DNA from: Schizochytrium sp. TIO01
Lineage: Eukaryota; Protista; Bigyra: Labyrinthulomycetes
NCBI GenBank assembly: GCA_004764695.1
Contig: SMSO01000037.1
Coordinates: forward strand, 4,130,747 to 4,194,746
DNA length: 64,000 bases
Direction: 5' to 3'
Shown piece after piece: positions 42,990 through 55,441 of the stretch. The position numbers were made by a program, and so were the translations under genes. The notes under the pieces are model-generated. The model saw only the letters and a program-made list of their open reading frames with translations. It was not told the origin of the DNA and ran no database searches. The stretch's first letter is position 1, and each line of letters begins with the position of its first letter.

Positions 42990-45236
42990 TCAGTGAGCAG
43001 AAGGCAACGCAGATGGTGCAGTGGTCTTTGCGGTTGTACAGTAATAATTGGTTCCTGGAAGCCAACCACCAGCCCGCTTCCATGGCTTGGAGATCTTTAA
43101 AAGGGCACAGGATAAAGGCATGTCTTCATCCTCAATAAAACGGCGAGTTTCTTGCAAAGGACCTTCTGCTGCAGCTGCAGAGGCTGCATCGTCATTAGCA
43201 TTAGCAGCCACAGATTCCTTGCGCGATGAGGACGAATGCTCTTTTGCTAAAGGCCTAGGCGACGGCGATCCCCCGGGACCATTGCCCGCATTCATGGCTG
43301 AAAGTGAACCTGATTGAAGAGAAAGAGAATGAGTGGAGGGTCCACCATGAAGAAAAAGGCGAGAAAACAGAGTCTCCGGCACAAGGGCTGCAGTAGAGAT
43401 GCCTTTGTATTTGCGGGAAGAAAGTCCAATACTTGTCGCAGGTGCGGCAACCAAGCCCTTCTCCTGGGCAGTTTTCTTGACACCACGGCCGCGAACATTG
43501 CCGCGAGGCACAAAGAGAGAAGATTCATGATAGCGCACATTGTGAAAGTTATTGGCTGCGGTGTCGTATTTGCCAAAGTGCCGATAGTGATTTACGATGA
43601 GTTGCCTGAAGTTAACAGGAGCATGCTTACGTCCCTTAACTTGGAAGAAAGGTCCACCATAGAGGTTTACGCCCTCGGGGAGGCGAACATACGCATTTTT
43701 CGTTTCTCCAGTTGTTGCCGTGTCCTGTTCAGGCTGTTCATCGACCTCTTGCGGCGCTGAGCAAGATGCACGAGATTTGTCCCAGGTATTCATATAACAG
43801 TACCACTTTTCAGGAAGGGACTTCATGTCAAAATCAGGAGGCAACCGGCGCCACTGCTGGCAGGTCTCACACATAACCCACTTTGCTTGTGGCTTTGCAC
43901 CTTCTGCGGAGGGCTTCGCCTCTGGATCTGCAGCCTCCTTGATCATGTTACTGTGACCCCCGGATCGAAGATTACGTGCTTTGCTAGTCGATACACTGGC
44001 TTCAGGCGCATTCACGGGAGCGTTGTGGTGATTGTTAGCGTTGCCCGCTGCTGCACCGTGAGATACGCTGGTTCCATAGGCCGGATCACTTTGCTGTCGT
44101 GAACGTTTGGTCTTTCCATTAGAGACCTTCTTTGCCCCACGGCGTGATACAGAGACGCGATCGGAGCTTGCCTGGCGAACAACACTACCACCAGCGTTTG
44201 GGGGCACGGACCCCTCCGCGGCCCCGTCAACGCTATGTTCTTCAGCAGAAAGACCTCCGTTAGATTTATTGTGGCGTTTTTTATTGCGTTTGCCAGTTCG
44301 GCCAGATGTAGACTCGCTATCCACGGAGAGTTCGTCTTGTTGAGGAACATCACAAGAGGCAAACTCAGGGTCCCAGGTGTTCATTATACAAAACCATTGA
44401 TCTGGAAGAGTATCAGGATCAACAGTCCCGGTAGGTACATTACGCCACTTTCCACAACTGTCACATTGAATGGATGTCACAGTGTCTACAGGATTAGAAA
44501 CTACGGGGGATGCAGCATTGTTGGCTCCCGTTTTATTGTTACTGCTGGTGCCGTTTCCTCCAGTGTATTTTTTTGAGGCGTTCCTTGGTGGTGGTCGCGC
44601 CTTTGCGCTTCCCATTTCGTGATCGTAATGGTCAGAAGGTACTCCGGCAGATTTGTTGCGTTTGTTTGTGGAATGCTGATGAATATCCTCGCGGCTCCGT
44701 TTGCGTTCCCCTCTAGAAACAGCAGACTTAGTGTCGTGAGCTGATGCCCGGCTTGTCGCTAGACCGAGGCTGCCAAGACCGCTAAAATGTGATGCGTTAG
44801 ATTTGAGATCTGATCCGGAGAGGTGGTCTGCAGATGTAGGAGGTGGCGGTGGAGGTGGTGGCGGTGGCGGGGGTGGTGCTCCATCTCCTGCCATGTTGTT
44901 GCCATGTACGTGTAGCCCTCGAGGGGCGTGTGCCTGGTGGTTATTAGGCATGCTGTCAATGTGGTGATGCCCGTGAGTGTTGTTGCTGCTGCTATTCAAC
45001 AAGTGCTGTTGGAGGTTCGCGAGATCGTTTCCTTCAGCGTTTGGGGGGTGTTCTCTGTGGTGTTTCCCAGAACCTGATGATCCACCAGATTCTGCCCGTC
45101 GCAGCGGTTGGTTCTCAAAATCGACGCCAATGTGACCTGTATTCTGCCGGGTAGTATTTGTCGCCGCAGCGCCTGCTTGGAGTGGTTCGGGTGCCTCTTG
45201 CGCTGTCGCAAGTAGCATTCGGCGCAAAGTCGTCAT
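42990..45236 (-). CDS. Tandem CW-type zinc finger protein (putative H3K4me reader)
   Basis: SIQCDSCGKWR...LPDQWFCIMNTWD..ASCDVPQ and WVMCETCQQWRRLP...LPEKWYCYMNTWD..ASCSAPQE. Poly-Pro tract and basic NLS-like runs. First ATG at 45236. Confidence 0.85.
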   Translation of the reverse strand: MTTLRRMLLATAQEAPEPLQAGAAATNTTRQNTGHIGVDFENQPLRRAESGGSSGSGKHHREHPPNAEGNDLANLQQHLLNSSSNNTHGHHHIDSMPNNHQAHAPRGLHVHGNNMAGDGAPPPPPPPPPPPPPTSADHLSGSDLKSNASHFSGLGSLGLATSRASAHDTKSAVSRGERKRSREDIHQHSTNKRNKSAGVPSDHYDHEMGSAKARPPPRNASKKYTGGNGTSSNNKTGANNAASPVVSNPVDTVTSIQCDSCGKWRNVPTGTVDPDTLPDQWFCIMNTWDPEFASCDVPQQDELSVDSESTSGRTGKRNKKRHNKSNGGLSAEEHSVDGAAEGSVPPNAGGSVVRQASSDRVSVSRRGAKKVSNGKTKRSRQQSDPAYGTSVSHGAAAGNANNHHNAPVNAPEASVSTSKARNLRSGGHSNMIKEAADPEAKPSAEGAKPQAKWVMCETCQQWRRLPPDFDMKSLPEKWYCYMNTWDKSRASCSAPQEVDEQPEQDTATTGETKNAYVRLPEGVNLYGGPFFQVKGRKHAPVNFRQLIVNHYRHFGKYDTAANNFHNVRYHESSLFVPRGNVRGRGVKKTAQEKGLVAAPATSIGLSSRKYKGISTAALVPETLFSRLFLHGGPSTHSLSLQSGSLSAMNAGNGPGGSPSPRPLAKEHSSSSRKESVAANANDDAASAAAAEGPLQETRRFIEDEDMPLSCALLKISKPWKRAGGWLPGTNYYCTTAKTTAPSALPSAH

Positions 45237-46600
45237 TCTTAGCCCGCCAACGCCGCTCTCCACGCCCAGCGACGCTGCGTCTCCGCAGACGATCCTCTCT
45301 CTCGAGAAGCCAGCAATTGATCAGTGTCAATGAATCAATCGATTGCACGATCGATTGGTTCGCCTTAGGAGAGTCAGCACCTTGACGACAGCAGAGGGGG
45401 AGCAATAAGGATGAAAAGGAAGTAAAAGGGCACGAGGGGAGAGAAGTGAACGCAGCGTTCTCAACGCAAGGGCGTGAGGGCTTCCGCGAAACAACTTATG
45501 CACTTGCGGTGCTCCAGACGCGGCCCTCCGGTAGAGGAGGAATGAGGAGTGGAGAGAGAAGTGTGTAAAGATGAAGTGAGGAGGACGTGGAGAGGAGTAG
45601 ATAGAAGATGTTGGTGAGTTGGATGGATGAGTTTGAAAGTTTGCGAGTTTGACGACTTGGTCTTCGTCCCTCAGGGCTGCCTTGGCGCTAATATGAATGA
45701 GTGTGGAAACGCTGCTCTGAGCGTGAGCTGGCCGAGGGTCAGGTCTGAGGAGGAAAGCTTTGGAGGTGATTCTGTCCGAGTATCGCCTGAGGAGAGGCGA
45801 AGCGGCAGCTAGAAACTGAAGGCTGACTGGCTGACTTATTGACTGTCAGCGGACGGAGCGAAGCCCTGACTGGGCAGTTGAAGTTGTTCTCTGGCCACGG
45901 GAGGGCCTTCGCCTCTCCGCGCCGCCCAGCAGCCGAATGTCCGCGACCCGGCCGACCCAATCGACCGTAGTATGGAGTCTGCCGCTCGATGCTCTTTCTT
46001 CCCTTCTTTCTCCCTGTTTTCTCCTTTCTCCTTCCGCAACTTGAATTTTTGATTATTATAATTTTAAAATCATATATATATTTTTTTATAATTTTTTTTA
46101 AAAAAATATTTATATATTTATTTAACAAAAAAAAAAAAGTTGGAAAAAGTTGGAAAAAAATAAATAAATAAAAGGTTTTTCAAACTGGAGACCTTAGAAT
46201 TGAAATCACTTCTTTCAAGTTCCTCCTCTTCATAAATGAATACTCTGCTAAACAAGCTAAAACAAAAGCCACCATGACGCCACCCATCAATCTACACGTA
46301 GTACCTACAGCGCCGCAACAAACAGCCAAAACCACGACAAACATGCATGCATGCATGCATGCATACATGCATACCTGCATGCATGTGTAGCTAGCTAGCA
46401 ACTCACTCACTCACTCACTCACTTACTTACTTACCTCGTTACTTCCTTCCTTCGTTGCCTACTTACTTACTTACTTACTTAGTCAGAACCATGGTGCTAG
46501 AAACAGTTCCTCGCGTAGTTTCCTCTCCTCGAGTGGTTTTTCCCCTCCTCCTCCTCATCGCACGCCCAGTCCAATCCAATCAAAGCAATGCAATGCGAAG

Positions 46601-46685
46601 CAAAGCAAAGCAAAGCAAAGCAAAGCAAAGCAAAGCAAAGCAAAGCAAAGCAAAGCAAAGCAAAGCAAAGCAAAGCAAAGCAAAG
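46601..46685. repeat. (CAAAG)17 pentanucleotide microsatellite
   Basis: Direct inspection. Confidence 0.9.
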
Positions 46686-47166
46686 CGGACCAAATCAGTC
46701 TCAATCCTTCGATCCACTGTTGGAGCAGCAAAGGAAGGAGGCCGAAGAGCGCCGTGTCCTCGTTGCTCCTCCTCCTTTCCACGCAGTAGTCAGTCAGTCA
46801 GTCAGTCAGTCTGTCTGTCAGTCTGTCAGTCTGTCAGTCTGTCAGTCTGGCAGACGCGGAGACAGACAGACAGGCAGACAGACAGGCAGAGGCAGACACA
46901 GAGGTAGACACCGCACTCTCCACGGAGCCCTCGTCGTCCTCCACCACGCAGCCTCGCCTCGCTGATGGAGCGAGGCGTGAAGCGCGGCAGAAGAACCGCC
47001 ATCATCGACCATGCGCAGAGCAGAGGAGGAGAGCAACACAGGAAACAGCGCATTCGTAAGAAGGCGCAGAGAGAAGAATACATAGATATACTCGTACATT
47101 CATAGCTAAGATGTATGTATGTTGCATATACATACATACATACATACATACATACAACATACATAG

Positions 47167-47450
47167 CAGATTTGTAATTAGATAGATGACATGCATTCAT
47201 ACATATTAGCTATGAATGTATGAATGGATGTATGAATGGATGTATGGATGAATGAACGTATTCATGAATGCGCGAAGGAATGTTTGTTTGTATGAATTTA
47301 TGTAAGCTATCTAATTACAAATCTATGTATGTATGAATTTATGCAATCTGTCTAACTACAAATCTGTGTTTGTATGAATTTGCGTAATCTATCTAATTGC
47401 AAATCTATGTATGTTTGTATATCTGTCTAATTACAAATCTGTATGTATGA
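47167..47450. repeat. 41-bp minisatellite (x3 plus partial) with one inverted core copy upstream
   Basis: Units start at 47291, 47332 and 47373, with a partial unit at 47421. CAGATTTGTAATTAGATAGAT at 47167-47187 is the reverse complement of the core. Confidence 0.75.
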
Positions 47451-50400
47451 ATGTATGAATGTATGAATGTATGCATGTATGAATGTATGCATGCATGCAA
47501 TTATGGGTCTAATGGAGCGAAGGCCGGCCTCCACGCATGGAGTATGTGCACAGTGCTTGTCATGACGATCCATCGCATTGCTCCTCTCTCAAATGATGTT
47601 GTTTTTCGAGAGAGGTTGAAACAAACTGACAAACAGACAGAAAAACAAAGAAGAAAGAAGGAAACAAACAAATAAGCGAATGAATGATTGAATGAATGAC
47701 TAAATGACTGAATAAATGATTAACAATCAACAAACAAGCATCCGGTTGGAGGGAGCGCTTGATCCTGATGCGTACGGGTGCTCTGGAGGCCGCCGTGGAA
47801 ATGAGCGAGTTGTCAGCGAAGAAGCGGGGCGTATCTCCGGGCCGTGGGCGAAGAGGAGTGAAGGCCTCCTCAATTAATTCACTTGCTCGCGTCTCTTTCC
47901 TTGTTTTTCGTCTTTCCTTTTCTCTCCCTCCTTTTTCCCCTTTTTCTTCAAACGAACCGAAACCAGTTCAAAGAAGCGGAAAAAAAAAAAGAAGAAGACG
48001 GAAAAAAGAAAAAAAGAAAAAGGTAGAGCAGAGAAGAGGAACTATCTACTCCTCCCCTTGCTACTATTTCCAGTAAGTGCCACCTAGGCGATTTATCAAC
48101 TCACAGACAGAGACAAAAATTGTTGAGATAAACAGACAGACAATAACAAAAAAAATAAAAAAAATAGGGAGACAGGTATTATCCGCACGGCTTTTACCTA
48201 CTGATCCACATACAACATCACTAGCGTTATCAGCCGATAGCGATATCGTTAGTGGATTGCTATAGATACCCGTTTTCTGGTAATTGGCCCAATCAGCACC
48301 CCTGGTATGGCTAGCTAGACACATCGTAGCTAATGAGGTCCTCCCTATCACTATTCACTTTAATCAATTAAAATACTAACCTAAGTTTCTTTTGTTACAT
48401 TTTGTTACATTTCGCAATGAAATAGAATAAATCAATTAGGTGGAGGAGGAGAATGCCATCGACATCGCTGCCAGTCTTCTCCAGCGTGTCCTGAGCGGGC
48501 CATTGGGCATATCGAACGCTCTTCGCGACTGATCCAGGCTATGGTTGAGCCGACTTCGTACTCTGCAGAGTCCTCCGTGCCGTAGCAAGTCTCTGCCCGG
48601 CGCGCCGAACTGTCAACTAGACGAAAGAACAGCAATCAATTCCTAACGTTTCCATCAGCGACATATAGACCGATTAACTCCTCACTTCTTGTATCTCTTT
48701 GATAATCACAAACTCGCATAAGTCGGTTAAATTTGGAGGATGATGAGGAGGAGGTGGTTGAAGAAACCATTAGAATTCTAGTTGGCTGACAAAGCGTGTA
48801 GAGTTATCGTCGCTCAGGCAGAAATGCTTCGCGAGGCATAGTCTGTTATTTAGAGCGCGACAAAACCAACTCTAATTCCTCAAAATATGAACATCCCATG
48901 ATAAACTCGTCTTTCTAAAGTAAATTCAACATCCTCAAATTTAGCGCATTAAGAAATTTCGTGAAATCATATACACCCGACCTCATTTACCAAGCTCAGA
49001 GCCATTCGATTCGTTGCCAGTTTATGAAAGTATTCATGTCTCGACCTACATCGAGTTTAGTTAGGCTACCGTGCGCTTTCTCGATCTACCTGCGCATATA
49101 AATGATTCTTGTGACTTGAGTTTTGGCGCAGGTCAAAGAACTGTGACCTAGCTAGCTACACTGTCTGGAATGAGTTTTACAGACCGTTTGTCTTACGAGA
49201 GTGGTATGTGACTGGTGGACTCTTTCTTCATCTCTAGGGCGCCGCAATTCCATCGATTCCATCAATTCCATCGAGTCTGCCTAATGTGCATTATTAGACC
49301 CAGCATCACATATTAGGGACCAGCAGGGTCAAAATTGCTGGAGTCAACAATCAGCTCGAACTTGGAAAGGTATGCTGATATGTGGATGCGTGTGAGATCT
49401 TTCGTGAGGTACTGCGATACGTCTTCATTCAGACCCTTTGTGACAAGCGAATAAGACTTCATGCTCATGAGAAATGACGCATGTGAATGTGAATGTGTCG
49501 CTACAGAGACTGCGACGAAGGTTTGGAGTATCAATCTATCAATCTATCAATGAGTACAACAGAACCCTTTTAAGCAGGACTGTTCATATTCTCACAACGG
49601 ATCATATCGCTAGAGAAATAAGAGAGTGTTAGCGAGCAGCATCAGTCTGCAACTGTTCAAGGGTGAGATCGCTTCTCTGGCAGCGCCTGTGAGAGGAGAC
49701 AGCGGCAGACAGACGGGCGGAGCTTACCTGCTAGCGATGGCTTCCACTCGCGACTCGATACGTAGGTCCCTAGCTGGGTAGGCACAGCTCAAGATGGTCA
49801 ACTTCCTTACTACGCTCAATCTCGATCTTCACAAAAGCGAATAAGCCATAGAAAACAGCACTTTGGCATTTTTGGAAAGACAGCATAGATTAGGTGCTAC
49901 TACTTACTATCTAGCTAGCTATTAAACTAGCCTTGACAATTCTTCTGGTTAATACCTAAAACTTCAGCTTTTTTAGTTTTTAGTTTTAGTTTTTTTCCCC
50001 TTCAAATTTAAACTAAATTTAAAGTAAGAAAACCAGACGAGGGAATTTTCAAAGTTATATTTATAGAATTTTATAAAGATTTCTTTCTTCTAAAATTAAA
50101 AATCGTGACATAGTTTCGTAGATATTATCTATCAAATAAATAAACAAATAAATAAACAAATAAGTATATATAGAAAATAGCTTCTGAGTGGTGAGAGGTC
50201 TGTGAGCTTTCTTTATTCAAATTTTAAAAACCAAGAAGAAGGAAAAAAAAAAGAAAAAAAAAAAGCGCCTCTCAACTATTGTAAATCCTAACAGTAGCAC
50301 ACCTCTCGTAGCGCGTCTCTTATCGCGTCTCTTCGCATTCAACAGAAGCAGAACTGTGTGCGTACCTTATTTAATACGCATACATATATCAACTATCCAC

Positions 50401-51334
50401 TTCTCTATCTAGAGAGAGAGAGAGAGCGATCTTTTCCTCTTTGCTCCGCAACGAAAGCTACAAGTTCAAAGAGGGAGTCAAGGAACCCGCGGTGCCAGCG
50501 CAGCAGAGCATCGAAAAGCCAAGCTCCAAGCCTGTCTCCTGCGCCGCTGCCTTCGCGACCTCCTCCGGCTGCCGCTGATCCTCCAGGCCTAAGAGCCCGC
50601 CCTCGCAGCCCCGCTGCCTTCAGGCGGGCTGCGCGTATTGCCGCACGCTCCCTGAGCAATCTCCGTCTTCACGATAGCCACATGTATCTCTAAATATCCA
50701 TACACATATATGTGTCTATATATATATGTCTATATATATCTGTGCATATACGTGTATAGATAGATATTTAGAGATACATGATATATGATGTGATCCAATC
50801 CAATCCAATCCAATCTGATTGCTCGCAGCACCGAGGGCGGATGGGCGCCCTCCCACCCTGCCTTCGCAGGCGCCAGGCCGCCAGCCCCGCCGCCAGCTCG
50901 AAGGGGGCCGAGGCCACGGGCTTTGGCGCATTCCGGCGGGGAGAAGATCTTGGCGGCCAAGATAGCAGCAGTTGAGAGGAGGCGGATTTTGCTGCGAGTT
51001 CTGCAATAAACTGGGCACCTTAAACCGCCATGTATGTGTGTATGCGTGTATGTACTAAATAATTCATTAATTAAGGCGGCTCTCCGCCTGCCCTCTTGCC
51101 CGCTTGCCCGATGCGCCAGCGCCTCATGACGGAGGCCGCCGCTGCGTCTGCGGATGGGTGGCTGGCTGGCTGCCCGGCCGCCCGCCCGGCCGCCCGCCTG
51201 AGCACCTCTGCCCGGCGACGGCGGAGGCGTAGGCGTAGGCGGCGAGCGAAGCGAAGGCTAAGGCATTCGCATCGGCATTGGCGTCAGCGAGTTTGAGGCG
51301 ATTGGATTCTGTTTCCTCAAAGGTCCTTCTTTTC

Positions 51335-51376
<42 letters not shown>

Positions 51377-52175
51377 GTGTCTCTCTTTCTCACGGCCTAA
51401 GCTGCCCTCAGTAGGGCTACATAGGCTCCCACTAGCCGAACCTCTGCCCGGTCTCAGATTTTTACATTATGTAGGTAGGGGTGCGCTAGAGTTCTCGGTA
51501 GGTGGGGTTGCAGAAAGAAAAAAGAAAAAAAATGTTATCTTGCTTGTTGCTTTTTCCTGTTTTCAGAGAGAGAGTAGTTCTGCGTAGGTGGCAAGTAGCA
51601 GTTCCTACTTCTTCTTATGATACTTCTGGAAGGACCTCCTCTTCGCATTCTTCCACTTCAGCTGTTGCTGTTGGTAGTTGCTAGCAGTTCTACCACGGGG
51701 CTACTGACTATCAACCACATTTTTGTTTTATGTATAATTTGAAATTTTAATCGAAATAAATAAATTGAAATAAATTTCTAAATTAAACAGTTAGAAGGTT
51801 TTTTAAGAGAAAAGAGTTAAGATAGATATGATATGATATGATATGATATTTTCATTTCAGAACAGCATTTACGAAATCCTCTTGTTTCTCCACGGCAACG
51901 TCGGCCTAAGATTCACTCGCGGGCGGAAGAGGCGTCGTCGCAAAGCTCAGGTTGGTTGGCTGGCTGATCGACTGGTGCAGCGAAGGCAGCGCTCCCTTTC
52001 GATTGGCCGCTGCTTCTTCGAGGAAGTGAAGTTGAAGTTGAAATCGCAGGATTCTCAGTCAACCTTCATTTTCGTGGGTTTCACTCAGTTCCAGGGATTC
52101 GTTTAGTCCTCAGAGGAAGAACAGAAAGCACTGATCGAAGCACTTTGCTTTGCGAGGCTTAATGGAAAAACAATA

Positions 52176-52296
52176 AATGAATGAATGAATGAATGAATGA
52201 ATGAATGAATGAATGAATGAATGAATGAATGAATGAATAAATGAATGAATGAATGAATGAATGAATGAATGAATGAATGAATGAATGAATGAATGA
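52176..52296. repeat. (TGAA)n microsatellite
   Basis: Direct inspection. Confidence 0.9.
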
Positions 52297-55200
52297 AAAT
52301 TATAGGCCAAAAGCTTTCTTTTCGCCAAGCGCCAACAAAGGATGAAGGATGGCCAATCACTGATTGGAGGCAGAGCAGCGCAGAGCAGAGGAGGAGGGAG
52401 GCCGAGGCACTCACGCCCATCGGCCGCAGACGGAACAAACCAACGAAGCCACCGCGAGTGAGTCAGCAGGAGCTCCATCAATGCCATTCTTTGGGGGTTA
52501 GTTGTTTCCTCTTTCTTTGTCGGCGCTTTCGAAGAAAATAATAGCCAACGAAGCTTTCTTTAATTTGGGCGTCAATTCTTCGACCCTAAGAAGAAAAGAA
52601 GGTATTTATCTATCTATCTATCTATGTATTTATTTAGTTAGTTTTAGTTTTAGTTTTAGTTTTAGTTTTAATTATAATTATAATAAAAATAAGAAGTTAA
52701 AATTGAAGAAATTAAAATAGAAATCAGCGAAAGATTGGATGAAGGAATACAAGAACCACCTCGCGTAGCCACCAGCCACAAAGACCGAAGCAGCGAGGCG
52801 GAAGCAGGTCTCTCCCCTCCGCACAGGGCCTCTAGCTGCCTGGCCTGCTCGGCCCCAGCCAGGTCGTGCTCGCGCAGCTTGCTTTCCACCTCCTCCGCTC
52901 TGCTCTCAAAGGCAGAATAAACAACCAAGTGCGCGGAGAGGACTATAACAATCTGTCCCAGCGAGTGGGCCTACTACCTCCCGACTGCTAGCGGCTCCTA
53001 GCCAGGTGCTACGTACCAAGAAGGGATGTGCGATGTGTATGTTGTTGATCTAAGGCAGCAAACAACTCCTTTCTGAGCGGTCTCTTCGATCGAACTGCGC
53101 CGCGCGCCTTCAGGCTGGTTGGGCGGGCCGCTCTCTGCGGGCGCTCGGCCGCGGAGAGTCTGGCGAAGGCGCCCTGCGGCGAGAGAAGAAAGGGAAAGAA
53201 GAAGCAGAAGTTAGTTTGTTGGTTTGTTTGTTTGTTTGTTTGATCGATCGATGTGGTCGCGTTCTTCCATTCCTCTGTTCCTCTAATATTGTGACCTTCT
53301 TATATCGTCGTACTGTTGTATCGTTATGTTGATTGATATACGCACATACACTCTTTATCGCATTGTAGGCAGGTAGGAGGCCGATAGAGTAAAGGGTAGT
53401 GCTCCGTAGCTCTAGCAGGCTGGCTAGGGAGTACGCTACGCAGGCAGACAGAGAGACAGAGAGACAGAGGGACAGAGGGACAGAGGGACAGACAAGGATC
53501 GTAGGTACCAAAAGGAGGGACCTCGCAAGAGCATGGAATGGAGAAGAGAATAAATAGCGCCTCCGTTGCGTCCAAATGGCAGCGCTCACTTGCACCGGCA
53601 GAACCGCAGCACCGCGCGCGCCAACGAGGAGCCGACGAGGAGCCACAGTCGAGCAGCGGCTCCAGCTTTGCTTTGTACGTACCTCCTCCGCCGCTCCGGC
53701 ATTGAGGTGCTCTGCTGCCGATGCGTGCACGTATGTATGTATGGATGGATGTATGTATGATTGGGCGGGCCAGATAGGAGGAGGAACCGCGGTGGAACGT
53801 CATGAGGAATAGATGTGGAACGTACTAGGAACCATGGGCGGATGGGTGTGCGGCGTCGTAATAGTTATTTATGCTGGTTAGAAAGGGGAGTCAGGTCAGA
53901 GAAGACGGCATAGAATGTGAACATTGCAAATACCAAGAGAGGTTGGTGAACTAATTAACTTGGGGGTTAGTTGTAGGGAAAGGGACGCGCGGTATGGACC
54001 GATGCCTCGCTCCCGACCAGGGTAGCACGAGTCCAAGGCATGGCGTTAATTATTTCGGTGGAGGCTTGCTTGGGAACTATAGAGGCAGAGAAAATCAAGA
54101 GGGAAATGCAAGGTTTCTGTGCCACTGGAGATGAGTAAAAGAGGCCATTCGAGACGCAGATGACGAATGCAAAGGCGTCAGTATGAACGAAGACAGTGTC
54201 CGAAGCCAGTGTAGAGTAGAAATATTACGCAAAGAGAACTATGAACGAGCCGTAGAGAATCATATCGAAAGAAATTGGATTATAGAAGATATAATTTGGA
54301 TGGCAGGTGTATGTAGAAATCAATGCCAAAAATCCTTTCATAAGTGCTTGAGTTTGCCGAGGGTTTGGAAGGAAACTTCGTTCAGGATTGGCCGCACAGA
54401 ATAGGTCAGACTATCCACTTATTGGTCACAGAGAAGTTAAAAAGTTAAGTGAAAGCGACTCCTTACCACTTTGGTTGGTAAATCCTCCAACAACAAGGGG
54501 TTCGTAATGGCGAATATCTCCCCCAAGAAATCGAAAGGAAATCGAAACAAATCTAAATCCACCTTGTCAAGAAAAACCCATATCAGCTCAACAAAGGGTT
54601 TGCAAAGTTCGAAGAAGAACGATATTGGCATGTGCCGTTGGGACTCTTGATCACATTTTCTGGTCTTCATGGACTAGCTGAAGATCTTGTTCGATTTACA
54701 GAATCGTCTTTTTGACACTGCAACCACCTGCACCTGAACTGCGATTCGAGAAGGCCCTTCAACTGAATTATACAAGCCAACCTTTCTTATTTTGCGGCAC
54801 AGAACCATTTGTAACATCCACCAGCACGGCGAAACTTTAAGCTCTTGCTTCCATTGGCACTTGAAGCCCCCGCAAAAACCTACGTACCAGTTAATGAGTA
54901 TCTTGAGCTTGCTACGGAGACTCAAATTCCCGGAGCATTGGCCCGACTGAGGAGCTTCGGTCCTCCATAAACCCCGTCCGTCCCCCATGAGTACTCCGTG
55001 CGATAGGTGTCGAACGCGATGTCAATAGCTTTCTCCAATTATCCGTCGAGCATTTGCGTGTTGCACTCATTGAAGCAGCAGGAGAAGGCATACGGCCAAT
55101 GTGCTACAGTGGGTACTGCGCGGTTCTACAAGGTTGAAAAGATCTCAGGTGTGAAGTTCACCGCAAGTGAGTTATACAAAGCCTGCAAGTGAGATATACG

Positions 55201-55441
55201 CATTTAGCTCACTTTTTACTCTGTAGGATCCATTTGTAAACCCCATTCTCCTTCGATCAGGCAAGGGAAAACCAAATCCCAAACTGCAGTCTGCAACTCG
55301 GCGAGGCCGGTGTCTGCGATTGCGATCAACGTCACGGGTTGCCGCGCCACACATACATACAAATATATATACACACACACTCTCTCTTCTCTTGCCTGCA
55401 ACGTCTACGCGAGACCGCGTTTGTCTTCGTCTAGCCGAACG

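Noticed and set aside
46455-47200. ORFs with AKQSK/LCFAL/MYVC repeats
   Set aside because: Translations of (CAAAG)n, (CAGT)n and (CATA)n microsatellites.
48430-49540. Short acidic/TPR-like peptide fragments in the gene desert
   Set aside because: Too short, stop-ridden and without a consistent frame.
52103-52487. ORFs with IHSF repeats
   Set aside because: Translation of (TGAA)n.
54557-55192. Protein-looking plus-strand frame upstream of the OsmC-pirin gene
   Set aside because: Five stops in ~210 codons and no recognisable motif; cannot be distinguished from chance.
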